Source: Ginglymostoma cirratum
Lineage: Eukaryota
Reading direction: 5' to 3'
Length of the DNA stretch: 64,000 bases
Assembly: GCA_024137785.1 (NCBI GenBank)
Contig: JAHRHZ010000289.1
Location: forward strand, 32,538,417-32,602,416
The notes under the pieces: generated by a model
Databases searched by the model: none
What the model was told of the DNA's origin: nothing
The model's input: the letters and a program-made list of their open reading frames with translations, nothing else
Part shown: positions 37,451 to 49,660 of the stretch, in pieces
Layout of the letters: every line of letters starts with the position of its first letter
Numbering within the stretch: the first letter of the stretch is position 1
Program-made: the position numbers and the translations under genes

Positions 37451-39149
37451 TACTTGCTCATAAAACCCCAATAATGACATTTAGAAAATAATTCATTTTA
37501 GCGCACTTTGGGACATCCAAAAAATGGATCTGATTACAAGTTGTGTAAGCAGAAATATTTCCATTCTCATTTCTCGGAACCTCATACTCCATTGGGTACA
37601 AGTACAATAGTGGGAAATAATAGAGACCAGTCCTCACAATCACTAAGCTATGAGAATGCAGATGATTTAATGTTCAAGTATTGAAGGCCCTTTACAATCT
37701 GTAATGACCTTACCCAGCAGCAGGCCAAACTGAAGCAGTTCCACACTAACTGAAGTTCTACACTAAAGATCTTCAACTGGATAAAGAAAAAAAGCTGGCT
37801 CTTCAAAGCACCTCATTTACCTGGTGCAACTTGTTCACAACAAAGTGGAGTGGATAAGTGGCAGAAATATAACAGGTCAATGTTGAACTTGCTGCATTTG
37901 AATCCAGTGGCCTGATGTTTGTTCTATCTGTACAATGAAACACAAAAAAATGTTGGTTGACTTTTACTTTTAGGAAACGACTTTCTCCGTTATATCTTTC
38001 CCTTAAATTTCATATATCATGTACTATTCACATTTGAGAGCATGAACAAATGCGAAAGTAAACTGCTACCAGGTTCCCTTAGTGTCATTTTAAGCCACAA
38101 AGAGACACACGAGGATTGCATAGTAATGGTTTTCTTCCCAATATTCTGTTCTTCTTTATGTTTAAATGTTTAGCTTCCGTTCAGTGCATCACTGCAGAGT
38201 AATAGCTGCGCATGGGTGGCTCCACTTTCTTTCTTCCATGACACCAAATCCCACACCCACCACCACTTTCATTGCCTTTCCCTAACCTTCTACTAATTTG
38301 ATGTGTCAGATGAAAGGGTAATATAACAAACCTCACTTATACAGGGATTTCATCTTTGGGATACGTGTGATCATTGTGAACAAAATGTGAATGACAAACT
38401 GGAGATTTTCCTCCAACTTCTTTAGGAAGGTGGAAATTCAGGTCATTCAGGGGTTTGATTTTCCTGGAAGTTAGAAGGGATAGCCATTCTCCACTCTTTG
38501 GAGATTCAGTGAATTGGGTGGAGCCCATATGTCAATTGCATACAGTGCAAGAGAAAAAAGCGTTTTGGTTTTGTCAATGCTGTCCTGGGTTTTACTGATC
38601 ATGTCAAGCAAAAGACAAAAATACATTGGAAACAATAAACTGTTAAGGTTGTTTTCCAGTACCAGCATGAACATTGCAGGTAGCAGATCCAATCTTGCAA
38701 AAATAACGTTAATACCAATTATTAAAGTTCAGTTACTAGCCTAAGTGTTTTCTTGCAGCAAGTGACCTGATATTTCTTAAGCCCACTCAGTAATCATTTT
38801 TCCGCTACCTTTAGGATTTTCTATGCCAATCTAAGATAGTCAGGCACAAAACAAGGCGCAATTGTTTGCAGAATATGTTACCACACTAGTGCATCAAGTG
38901 CATATTTCAGGCAACTTTGAAAGTAGTTTGGTTAACAGCAATACCGGAACAAAATATCTGATGATTTCTTACCGCTAATATTGCCCTAATAAGCCATTGG
39001 CATACACTGCTGTGGTGGTAAATTATTACAGCAAATAAAAATATGACCTGCAATATTAACAAGTACATAAGTGTACCAGAAGTATGTCAGGTTATTTCAA
39101 TGTGCCATTCACACAGTCAGTGTACACACTGGGGGTAGTTATTGGCACA

Positions 39150-39550
39150 AGGTGTCAGTGGACTTAGTTCACTGGTGGCATTCTTATTTTTAAATTATAA
39201 GGCAATGAGTTCAAGTCAAATTCTTTAAACATGAACAGCTAATCCGTAAAGGGGGTGCCCTGCTGTTAGAAATGATGTTTTCCGGATGAGACATTACACC
39301 ATCTCAGTTCTATCTGGCCTTTGAGTTGGCCTGATTTGAAGAAGAGCAAAGGAGCTGTCCAAATGCCTCAGACATGTCTGTCCCTCAAACTGCATCGTTA
39401 AAATAGATTATCTGATTAATGTGACATTACTATCTCTAGGGTCTTGCTACGTTTCCCTTTCATTGTGACAGCACTTCGAAATTCGCAGATTACCTACAGT
39501 TACAAAGTGCTGTGGTATATGCTGAGCTCATAAGATGCAGTTTACAAAGG
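39150..39550 (+). mobile_element. Deu-domain SINE (SacSINE1/AmnSINE-like)
   Basis: TTTTCCGGATGAGACATTA, ATTTGAAGAAGAGCAAAGGAG, TCCCTCAA, AAAATAGATTATCTG match the recalled Deu core. Confidence 0.75.
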
Positions 39551-42500
39551 AAAATTATATCATTCTGTGTACCTTTCATATACCTAAAGTGACAATCCAA
39601 GTGAAAAGAAATGTGAATTAGCAAAATTTTACAAGAGATAAAGCATTTGTTTAGCTTCTACTCGTTAATTCTTTTGTAAACTCAGTGCCAAGCAAATAGA
39701 CATATGAATCTCTTGTCGCTAAGGCTCAACATGTCTACATTCATCAACGTGACTGATGTGACAGAAAGGGCACGAGCTAATCAGACCTTTAGAGGTAATT
39801 ATCAAGTAGAGAATTTAAAACACCATTAGTTCATTAGCCAACTGCTAGGAAACTGCTTGACTGGAGCACAGAATAAAAAAAACTTTTGTTTGCCTTCTAC
39901 TTCTTTACAATCTGGTTTCATTCAAAATGCATTTGACACATCTGAACTGACTCAAACAATTAAGCATTTTGCTAAATCCCTGTCAATATAATAGATCAAG
40001 ATTTTGGTGATCATTTGTTAACCCTTGAGTACTTTACGTATCACATAGTGTCCATGTGTTATTTGGTTGATCTTAGAATTCAGTTTTGGTGTCTATCCTT
40101 AATTGTACCACAGTGACTGACTGCAGCTGGCTAAAAGTTAATAGTATTCACACACAGATCTCTATAGGATGACCTGGGTAGCTATGTCTGTTTTCAAATT
40201 CTTGATATGAGATTTAAAATAAAACTGGGCATCAGTACCTGATAAACTGCTTGAATTCAAATCAAATCAATGTTAGGATGTATGGTCCTCCACCAGGTTT
40301 ATTAATCGCAGAGATCTTTTTATCAATGCTAAAATATGTCTTAAAGGGAATTAAAGAAAGGCCGAAATCGAGTGGTGGAGTGTATCTGCCATAATTTTAT
40401 AACCTACCATTCCCCCATGCTCCATCTCAAGTACCTACAGATTGACAAAATGACGGATATCTGTATGGAAAGAGCCAAAATCACTTTAAGAAGGCAACCT
40501 CCAGGTGACTGGCAGCTGTGAAGCTAAATCTAAATGCTGTCCTTACAATCCTAGATCTACTATATGGTCATGCTTTACACTATAAATACCTTGCTTCATT
40601 TAAAAATTATTGCTTTAACCCTCGGAGGACTGCAGCAGCAAGGCTGCAGCAAAATCAGAGACTACAACAGGGTTACAATTCCTCCTCATTTCATTTGAAG
40701 TTTACTTTACAGGACACCAACATGTTGGATTGCTCCAAATTGCTTTAGGAGAGAGATGAAAAAAAAACCAGACAGAGGATTGGATTTCGAAGTGTGACAG
40801 GAAAATCAAAAGGACAGAGGTTAGCTTTGCATTCTGAGAACTAGCATCTCAGCACCCTGGGGTTAAATCACATAGGCCAATAGCAAAACAGAAACTAGCA
40901 AAGGACAATTATTGTAATTCAAGTACAGGACATACTGATGTGAGAAAACATTGACATCATATTAGTTAAATTAATCCATGACCTAACTAATTTGTAAATC
41001 ACTTAATGAGGAGGAGGAAGTGGATGATGAAGGAGACTCCAAGCCTGGCATCATCTGAAAAATTCCTATTCTAAATTTTTAGAAAACAATCATGATTATA
41101 TATAACAAAGGTTATTTTGAAAGTGATATGGTTAGCGCAGTCCGAACAATTTATGACAGTGATTTCCCTGTCTTTGCATTCCAGCACATGCTCTCTGAAT
41201 GATAGCAAAGCTGGAGTTCATCATCACATACCGGGAAGCAGAGAAACCCTTTTATCAGCTGTCAGCCTTCTTCAGCTCAGGCTTGTTTCACCTTCTCTGC
41301 TACATTTGTACCGTACTCAATATTGCCTCCTCAAAGCAGGCATAAATGGTCAGAAAACTGTAACCTTAAAACAAAAAAGGATGTGTGTATCTAGAATCAT
41401 CTGCTTTAAAACAAAACTGCAAGAGTCTTAGCATTCCTTACCACTTCAGTCACCATGACCTGCAGTTGTTTCCTCTATTTCCCAGCTTCACGTCTGAATC
41501 AAAGTTTGTCCACTTTTTTTTCTGCAGTGAGTCAGTCCTTTACATACATTATTTGAAAGGAAAGAAAAAAATCTGGCAAAATCGGAATGGGGAGGGGGCA
41601 AACAAAAATGAAAAACCCCCGATGTAGGATCAGGTCTAGTTGCAGCATGAAACGTTACTCACTAGGTGAGCTCAAACATTACGGACGACCGATCTAGTGT
41701 ACACAACCTTTCTCCGATTCAACCCAAAACAGTGCTACAGACTGAATGGAGGATGACATCCAATCCGTGCTTAGAGCCAGGAGTACCCATGCATAGCAAA
41801 TTGGGCTGTACCAACACAGGGTAAGGGAAAGGAGGTGGGGGGAGAGAGGTTGCTAATGGTGTGATAATATTCCACAGGAATCAAACAAATACTCTTATGA
41901 GCTGCTAAAGGTTTCATTGAAAGCCATTAACCCCAGAGAGTCCAGAAAGGTAACCTTCACAGAATGCTGCATAGTGCCTGGCGAGTATAATGCGATCCAG
42001 CTAAAATCTTGCCAAAGCAGTCTTGCTTAAATCCTCATTTCAAAGCACTTGCCAGCACAAACAGTGGGAAGCACCTCACGATGGGTAAGAGATCGCTTCA
42101 GATGCAATTTTTACCAGGTGGAAGCCCAGGTTACAAACTCCTCCCCATCAGCTGCAATCCAACACTAGCTGCGAACACAACAAATATGATGGGTTAAAAC
42201 TCCACCCCCAGCTATAAAGCTGATTCTGACTGATGAAGGTGACAGAGAATTTAGAATTTTAAAAGGAACGGCACAGCAGGAAATAGCCTCAGATCTTTGT
42301 GTGTACGTGTTAAATATAGAATCAGAGAATGAGTAATAAAGCCTGAATTTAATCAAGGGGTAGAGAATGCCATAAACCATGAGAACAAAGCTCAAGTGGG
42401 TTTATGGACATCATCAGAACCCCCAGAGATCAAATTACCAGCTCTCTGCTGTCTTATTACTTTATTTTTTCATCTGCATTATGGCCTGTATAAAACAGGT

Positions 42501-44115
42501 GCAGTATTAAGGATAGCTAAAAGTATTGCTGAAATGACATATAATAGAGTAGGAAAGAATATTGTGGTGTCACCACTGTAGCATAACACTGTTATCTGGT
42601 AGTCAGGAGGGTGTAGTTACTTCTCAAAAACTAAATTGAGCATCTCCGATAGAGTTGTGGAAATTATAATGCGTTTGAAGTATTGAGCTATTATTCTACA
42701 TACTGTGGGTTTATTCAGATTCCAGCATACATTAAACTCATATTAACATTATAGCAGATATTTGAATCATTTTGATCAAAATGGTATCTTCTACTGGCAG
42801 AGATGCCAAATTTGGAGGTGGGGGAGCACATAATGAAGAGGGGTGGTGGCAGAACTAAATCCTGCTGCTTCTCTGCCTGCCCCAGAATTAAGTGAAAGAT
42901 CCTCCCATTCTGCCACGTTTGAGGCCCTTAAGTATCCAATTAAGGACCTTGGTTCAGTGTCACTGGGCATTACACCAGCCTGTCTTCATACAGTATTCCT
43001 GGTAGCCGCAACCCTGTCAGTACTGTGTCCCCAACGTGGAAGGGGACCTCTCAATAAAAAAGCAATCAATGCCTGATCGAGGGATTGAACATCATGCAGG
43101 AGGGTCCACACTAGGAGCCAATCCCTTGTGCTTGTTGCCGAACACACTGCAAGCGCACTTGCCCACCCCATTCCCCTTTCCCAGCCAGAGAAATCCCCAC
43201 CCCACATCAAGTTACCTTTGCCCTGAGTCCTCTGCAATCGTGGGGCTTTGGGGAAAATCTAATACCAGCAGCCATGACTTCATCCATGCTACTGCTAAGC
43301 ACAAAAGCAGTAGGCCATGTGAATTCACAGGGTAGGACTTCCAGCCGCAAAGTTCTCAGTTCTAGGGGAATGCCTGCTGGCAGCTCTCTCAGTCTCTTTC
43401 GCCAGATCAGTATTATTGGGGAATTATTATTGCTATTGTTGTTGTTGTATTATTGAGGCATTGGGAGGGACTCAACTGCCAGCTAGGAAGTTGGCAATAC
43501 ACCCCTGCTGCCTCTTCCAGGAAAGGCCCATCAAACCACATGCCAACCAGCCTTCAGCATTATAAGCATTCATTCAAAAGCGGAAGAGAATTAAATGGAT
43601 GCAACACGGGTGAGCAAGTAGAGAGCTATCACAACTACAATCCTTTTAGACAAAGAGTGCAATTCACATATGTCTGGATACCAACAAACATTTCTGACTT
43701 ATGCAGTCAGGCCAGGTTATATGAAGTTATTGCAACATTGCAAAGGAACAGAAGCTGGTGTAAACTAATGTACAACACGCCAATTGGACATACGGGGAGC
43801 GAGGCAGAAATCAGTGATATTGATGACTGTGTGGTGATGCTGATCATCAGCAGCTGGCAGCAAGACAACCAACAGCAACCGAAAGTAAAATGTGCCGCTT
43901 TATGTGGGTATACAATCACCCACTCTGAATGTGCTGTCAAACCTCGAAAACACTTTGTCAAAGTTTGAAGTATTAATCTTGTCACATGTCTGTAAACTTG
44001 TTGAATTGACAACACCTGCCTATGGACAGCAAAACTTATCTGTAGGGGATTTATTTTCTTTAGAAAAAGGGGAATGTTGTGTTATGTCTCAAAGTGGGTG
44101 TTTAAGATACCTTTT

Positions 44116-44190
44116 CAGTCTCAGTCCAGGGGTTTGACCATGCTCGGTCTTGGGGGTTAGGGCTGTAAACATCAAGACACATTTTCAGGG
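44116..44190 (+). repeat. Perfect 75-bp direct repeat, copy 1
   Basis: Identical to 45830-45904. Confidence 0.95.
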
Positions 44191-44379
44191 ACACGTTCAA
44201 GATGTTATCACTGTATTATGGAATGTGACCTAATCGTATGAAGCTCTGAGTCTCCTTCTAATTGGGCTCTGTTCTCCAACAGCATGTGTGCTGATGGTAG
44301 CATGTTACAATAGGTTTGAATTGCTTAGCTTGAACCCAGACACATATTTATGCAAATAACAAGCGTTGTAAAATAAGTT

Positions 44380-44475
44380 ATAACAAGCATGGGGCTGGAT
44401 GAACACAGCAGGTCAAGCAGCATCGTAGGAGCAGGAAAACTTGACGTTTCGGGCCTAGACTCTTCATCAGAAAAA
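44380..44475 (-). mobile_element. Hammerhead-bearing short element, family A, with perfect 16-bp TSD
   Basis: TTGTAAAATAAGTTAT at 44366-44381 and 44476-44491; body matches the other family A copies. Confidence 0.95.
44438..44474 (-). ncRNA. Minimal type I hammerhead ribozyme motif with intact core nucleotides
   Basis: Minus strand TTTT-CTGATGA-A-GAGTCTAGGCCC-GAAA-C-GTC-AAG: both core boxes and GUC triplet intact; one stem II mismatch, weak stem I; activity untested. Confidence 0.7.
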
Positions 44476-44919
44476 TTGTAAAATAAGTTATTGGGTTTGT
44501 CAGTACTATGTGACCAACATCTTATTCTTACAAGAGCTAATGTAAATGTCACAATATGGTACTGGCAGATCATCAGTATATCTTGTCACCTCCCATCATG
44601 TTGCAGCAATTGGGAATCCACTAGGTACCAGGCTGCCTGTTGCTGGGTTAACCGTAGCAGAGGTGAGCTTGCATCCTTAGGTAAACACTTTAGAGCATCA
44701 GTTATCAACTGGAAAGAAAGGGTGACCATGGATCTTCCCATCCAGAACTTCATTCTGTTGGAGGTGGGAAAACAGCAGAGCTGAAATATGCCGCTAGCCT
44801 AGCTAACCAATTGCCCTACCTACCTTCAAGCTCACCAGCTCCAGGAGCAGGAGATTCCACACTGTAATACTGTTATGTTGAAGCTTTAATGAAAATATTG
44901 GGACCATAGTGCAAATATT

Positions 44920-46620
44920 TTAGGGGACTTTTCCCAGCCCTTGAGTGATATGTGAAATGGCAAGCAATTTGGGAGAATAGGATGAGGACAATAAAATCAG
45001 AATTTAAGGAAATAAAGACTGACTTTCCATTTAAGGTTTCAACAGCTAGATCAGAATCTTGCTGGTAAGCTTATTTCCATACATTTGTTCCAATTAGTAG
45101 CCAATCTTGTCTCATTTATATACAGTGCATGATTTGCCTAGTCTTGGGTGAGGAACTCAAATGGTGCCAATTTACAATTTGAAAGTCTGAGCAGCTATTG
45201 AGCAGATGCAGCTCACAGTTGTTTGCCTAAGTCTTCTTGTTCACCTGCATTCCTCAGCATCTCATAGCCTGCTCTATAGCTAGCGACCACCTCCACTCTT
45301 CATCCATGGAATTCAGTACCAAAATGCCAGCCTCACCACATCATTATGGACAATCACAGGCTAATTCAGAAGACACTTTCAGCACATCACTATTGCACTG
45401 CGGAGCTCACCAACACTTCACTTTTCAATGCACTTGCCAGGTCAGTCTGAGCACAGTTACAAATACCCATCCTGTCTCCAGGATGCATCTCAGGGACCTT
45501 AGTTTGCTTTCTTAGTGCTTACTTACTTTGCACTTCTTTGCACCATCTCTATTTTGCCTTGCCTTTTCATACATTAGCACTTCATTGAGAAATTACAAGC
45601 TTTTAGCCTCTCTGCATGCCCTTGCTTCTTGTTGTACTCAACAAGCCAGGCAGATTGTCATTGGTTGCCTGCACTGAACAATCAAGGGGCTTGACCTGTT
45701 GCTTTATGAAATGGTGCTATGTCACAGCAGCCAAATGGCCACGTCTCAATGTCTGAAGGGAACAGCCTTTCGTGGAGTGATGGGAAACTATGGTCAATCA
45801 AGGTTTCCACCACATTCAGTCAAGGGATCCAGTCTCAGTCCAGGGGTTTGACCATGCTCGGTCTTGGGGGTTAGGGCTGTAAACATCAAGACACATTTTC
45901 AGGGGCCATCCATGCTGTGTTGGACAAGGTAGAAAACTTGAATTGGAGACAATAGTCTGCAATATAAAGGGGATTATTACTGTGGGTCTGGTACAGTATG
46001 GAAGGACTGAGGGAGAGGGTTTGGTTTTCCAAATCACCACTGGCCTGGCAGACAAATAAAGCGAATGAGATGTAAGTGGCTAGAAGAACTGTTTGTGGTG
46101 GTGACGTGTCCTTGGTGAGCGAGTAGGAAACACAGAGGGCAAGTAGGCTTAGTAGCTGGGAGGACGAGGTTAATGAGAACTATTGAATGAAATGCTGCAT
46201 GTAATAGTGAGAGTAGCAGATGATTAGCCTTGGTGGGAGATGTGTGGAATGGCAAAGCTAGACAGGGTGAGATAGAGTGTAGTGGCATTTACTCTTGCAA
46301 AGTGCAGAAGGTCTTTGAGATTCTGTCTACATTGCTGAGTGTTTCTTGTCACAGGGGGTCACTGTATGTTGACCATCTCAGCCCAGGCTGGCAGTATCTG
46401 GTGCTATTGCCTACTTTGAAGTCCAGAGGAAAGACAATGACCGTCATTTCAAGCACCTTGGCAGTCAGGACCTCCAGGTCCCTGCTCACAAACTGCACAG
46501 GAACATTGCTGTGGAGCTGAGATGTAATTATTGAGATGAACAGTCGAAGATTGCATGAGAAAAATCGCCATGGTCCACAATAGGAAATCTTCCATGAAAC
46601 TCCCCAGAAAGTTGCCCTTG
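44920..46620 (-). mobile_element. PIF/Harbinger-like DNA transposon relic with Myb/SANT-like pseudo-exon at 46289-46510
   Basis: Minus strand FVSRDLEVLTAKVLEMTVIVFP (frameshift) HQILPAWAEMVNIQ*PPVTRNTQQCRQNLKDLLHFAR then GTAA; trihelix Myb/SANT pattern F...LE.L...W..VA...R...QC....DL; element limits uncertain. Confidence 0.6.
45830..45904 (+). repeat. Perfect 75-bp direct repeat, copy 2
   Basis: Identical to 44116-44190. Confidence 0.95.
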
Positions 46621-47120
46621 GATTAAAAATGCGAACATTCAGCCTATCGTGTTTTTGAAATTTTTAGCTACAATGAAGAACCCGGTGAGAGAACTATATG
46701 CATTAGCCATGAATAATCAATTTTTAGATTTAAAATTATCTTTGCAATAATGAAGCAAAAATAAACTGAGAAAGAGAGATTCATTGCCAGAAAGTATTAG
46801 GAAATTCCTTACCAATCCGGGTAAATCATTGGATCGAAATTGTACAAGATTTCTGGTGTTTCAACAAGTGAAAGTACCCCCAAGATGGTGATGGTCTCTG
46901 AATGCTTGTTAATAACAGGAAAGGCTGTCACTTTCAGTCCATCCACAGCTCCACAGGTCAGCAAGCGGCCATAACTATAGCCATCACAATCTGGCAGAAG
47001 CAATATGTGCAGGGTGTTTAAAATGCCCTCTAACATACTGGTTCTCTAATCACTTTTGACTACACCGTGGGGCATGAATGCAGACTGGGCAAGTGCCAGC
47101 ACAGGAGATGCACGTTAATA

Positions 47121-48102
47121 GGGTCCTCAGGGTAGTGTCCTAGGCCCAACCATCTTCAGCTGCTTCATCAATGACCTTCTCTCCATCATAAGGTCAGAAG
47201 TGGGGATGTTTGCCAGTGATTGCACAGTGTTCAGCACCATTCGCGACTCCTCAGATACTGAAGCAGCCCATGTTCAAATGCAACAAGATCTGGACAATAT
47301 CCAGGCTTGGGTTGACAAGTGGCAAGTGACATTTGTGCAACACGATGGCCAGGCTATGACCATCACCAATAAGAGACCATCTAACCACCGCCCCTTGACA
47401 TTCAGTGTTACCATCACTGAATCCCCCACTATCAACATCCTGGGGGTTACCATTGACCAGAAACTCAACTGGATTCACCACATTAACACAGTAGCTACAA
47501 GAGCAGGCCAGTAGCTGGGAATACTGCTGTGAATAACTCATCTCCTGACTCCTCAAAGCCTGTCCCCCATCTCCAAGGCACAAGTTAGGAGTGTGACGGA
47601 ATACTCCCCACTTGCCTGGATGGGTGCAGCCCCAACAACACTAAAGAAGCTTGACACCATCCAGGACAAAGCAGCCCGCTTGATTGGCACTACATCTGCA
47701 AGCATTCACTCCCTTCACCACCAACACTCAGTAGCAGCAGAGTGTACTATCTACAAGATGCACTGCAGAAATTCACCAAAGATCCTCAGACAGCACCTTC
47801 CAAACCCACGACCACTTCCATTTAGAAGGACAAGGGCAGCAGGTATATGGGAACACCACCACCTCCAAGTTCCCCTCCAAGTCGCTCACCATCCTGACTT
47901 GGAAATATATTGCCGCTCCTTCACTGTTGCTAGGTCAAAATCCTGGAATTCCCTGCCTAATAGCATTGTAGATCAACCCACAGCAGGAGGACTGCAGCGG
48001 TTCAAGAAGGCAGCTCACCAATACCTTCTCAAGGGCAACTAGAAATGGGCAAGAAATGCTGGCCAGCCAGCGACACCCACATCCCACAAATGAACTAAAA
48101 AA
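47121..48102 (+). mobile_element. 5'-truncated CR1/L2-group LINE, RT C-terminal half and 3' UTR, relatively young
   Basis: PQGSVLGPTIFSCFINDL..EVGMFASDCTVF..QQDLDNIQAW.DKWQVTF..ILGVTIDQKLNW; EYSPLAWMGAAPTTLKKLDTIQDKAARLI; GGTCCT at both ends (47122-47127, 48103-48108); stop at end of ORF 47200..47514. Confidence 0.95.
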
Positions 48103-48120
48103 GGTCCTATTTTTCTGCTT

Positions 48121-48240
48121 CAAAACAGAAATTACTAGAAAATGTCAGCAGGTGTAGTAGCATCTGTTGGACTAATTGAGTTTTCCAGCAATTTTTGTTT
48201 TTGTTTCTAATTTCCAGCAAACACATTTCCTTGGTTTTTC
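48121..48240. mobile_element. Family B element, collapsed palindrome lacking the ribozyme core
   Basis: CAAAACAGAAATTACTAGAAAATGTCAGCAGG..GCATCTGT joined to TGAGTTTTCCAGCAATTTTTGTTTTTGTTTC; flanks TTTTTCTGCTT (48110-48120) and TTTTTCAGCTT (48242-48252). Confidence 0.7.
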
Positions 48241-48437
48241 CTTTTTCAGCTTTATTGGCTCATTGTCACTAACATACAGATCACAGTTCTGCTCCCCACC
48301 AGGCTTCCTACAAAATGGCTCCAAGTTAGAACCCTGCTAGTGAACAGGTCAGCAGCAGGAAATTCTAGACTCAGGTCCTAGCCAAAGAAAATGGGAATGC
48401 TCCCTAGTTCCTGAAGTAAAGCATGACTGGGTGACTC

Positions 48438-48810
48438 TTTTTTTAATTTGTTCATGAAATATGAGCATTATTGGCTGGGCCAGCATTTATTGTCCACTTC
48501 TAATCATCCAGAGGGCAGTTGAGAATCAACCACATTGCTGTAGATCTGAAGTTACTTGTAGGCCAGAGCAGGTAAGGATGGCAGATTCCATCCATAAGAA
48601 ACATTAGTGCACCAGAGTTCATTGTAATGTTATGGAGTGACATTAATAATGGGTTTTCCAGACAATGGCCATCATTGGTGTCTTAATTCCACTTTGTTAA
48701 AAATTATTTAAAATTCCAAACTCTGCCGAGTGCAATTCAAACCCAGGTCCCCAGAACATTATTTAGATCACAGAATTAATAGTCTAGTGATAATTCCACT
48801 AGGCCATTCT
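48438..48810 (-). mobile_element. tRNA-headed SINE whose tail matches the 47121 LINE 3' end
   Basis: Head GGCCTAGTGGAATTATCACTAGACTATTAAT...GGGTTTGAATT; tail CAATAAATGCTGGCCCAGCCA. Confidence 0.85.
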
Positions 48811-49123
48811 CTGCCTGACTCCAAATTTCTTCCAAGCCTGCAATATGTAGGACAGGTTTAGTGAACTCACGAATGTCATTTTTAGCACCTTCCAGTCCAC
48901 TGGGCCAGAATTCTGTCATGACAGAGAATGGAACATTTTTTCTGCCCTCACAATTCTGACTAAGCTAACTCTGGGCGTAGAACTGCATTTCCTGGAGTGT
49001 TTCAATGCCCCTCCCAAATGGGCACAGTGTAGTGGACTTTATGGTTGAGGAGTATTCTCAATACATGACCCAAGTGATTCAGAAGCCTGCCAGGGCCACA
49101 TCTTTGGGCAATCTCTAACAGTA

Positions 49124-49660
49124 AGAAAGAAATAATTTACATTTATAAAGTATAATACCCTGTTGTACCACATTTGCGCAGCATGGTGGCTCAGTGGTTA
49201 GCACTCACATTGCGAATCCAGTCCTCGAGTGACTATGTGGAGTTTGCACATTTGCCCCATGTCTGCATGGATTTCCTCCCACAGTCCAAAGATATGCAGG
49301 TTTGGTGGATTGGCCATGCTAAATTGCCCATGGTGTCCTGGGCTGTGCAAACTATGTGGATCAGCCATGGGAAATGTAGGATTACAGGGATTGGGTAGGG
49401 AGGTGGGTCAGGTGGTCCGCTCTTCAGAGGGTCACTGTGGATTCAGTGGGCTGAGTAGCCTACTTCAACACTGTGAGGATTATTTGGTAGTGTACTATAC
49501 CTCAGGATATTCTGGAATACTTTACAGGCAACAAAGTAAGTTTTGAAATATATTCATTGCTGTATGTAAGAAAAGAGCAGCCAGGTGGCACACAGGCAAC
49601 AATGAGATAATCGCTCAGATAATCTGTTTTAGTAATACTCGTTGATGGATAAATAGCTCT
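49124..49660 (-). mobile_element. Deu-domain SINE 3' part interrupted by HE1 SINE
   Basis: CAGATAATCTGTTTTAGT...GTTGATGGATAAAT and TACTTTACAG.CAA..AAGTA.GTTTTGAA are inverse Deu SINE sequence; tail resumes at 49124-49170. Confidence 0.6.
49177..49482 (+). mobile_element. HE1-type SINE
   Basis: GCAGCATGGTGGCTCAGTGGTTAGCAC, TGTGGAGTTTGCACATT, CACAGTCCAAAGATATGCAGG. Confidence 0.9.

Noticed and set aside
42820-43540. GC-richer block resembling a non-autonomous DNA transposon (similar impressions at 1330-2030, 23370-23600, 59985-60470)
   Set aside because: Could not define TIRs or TSDs by eye, so not listed as features
43453-43968. Longest ORF (171 aa) as a protein-coding gene
   Set aside because: No recognisable domain, non-ATG start, begins within repeat-like sequence; consistent with chance
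47200-48042. RT-like ORFs as an active retroelement or host gene
   Set aside because: 5'-truncated, in-frame stop and frameshift, catalytic motif reads FASD rather than FADD
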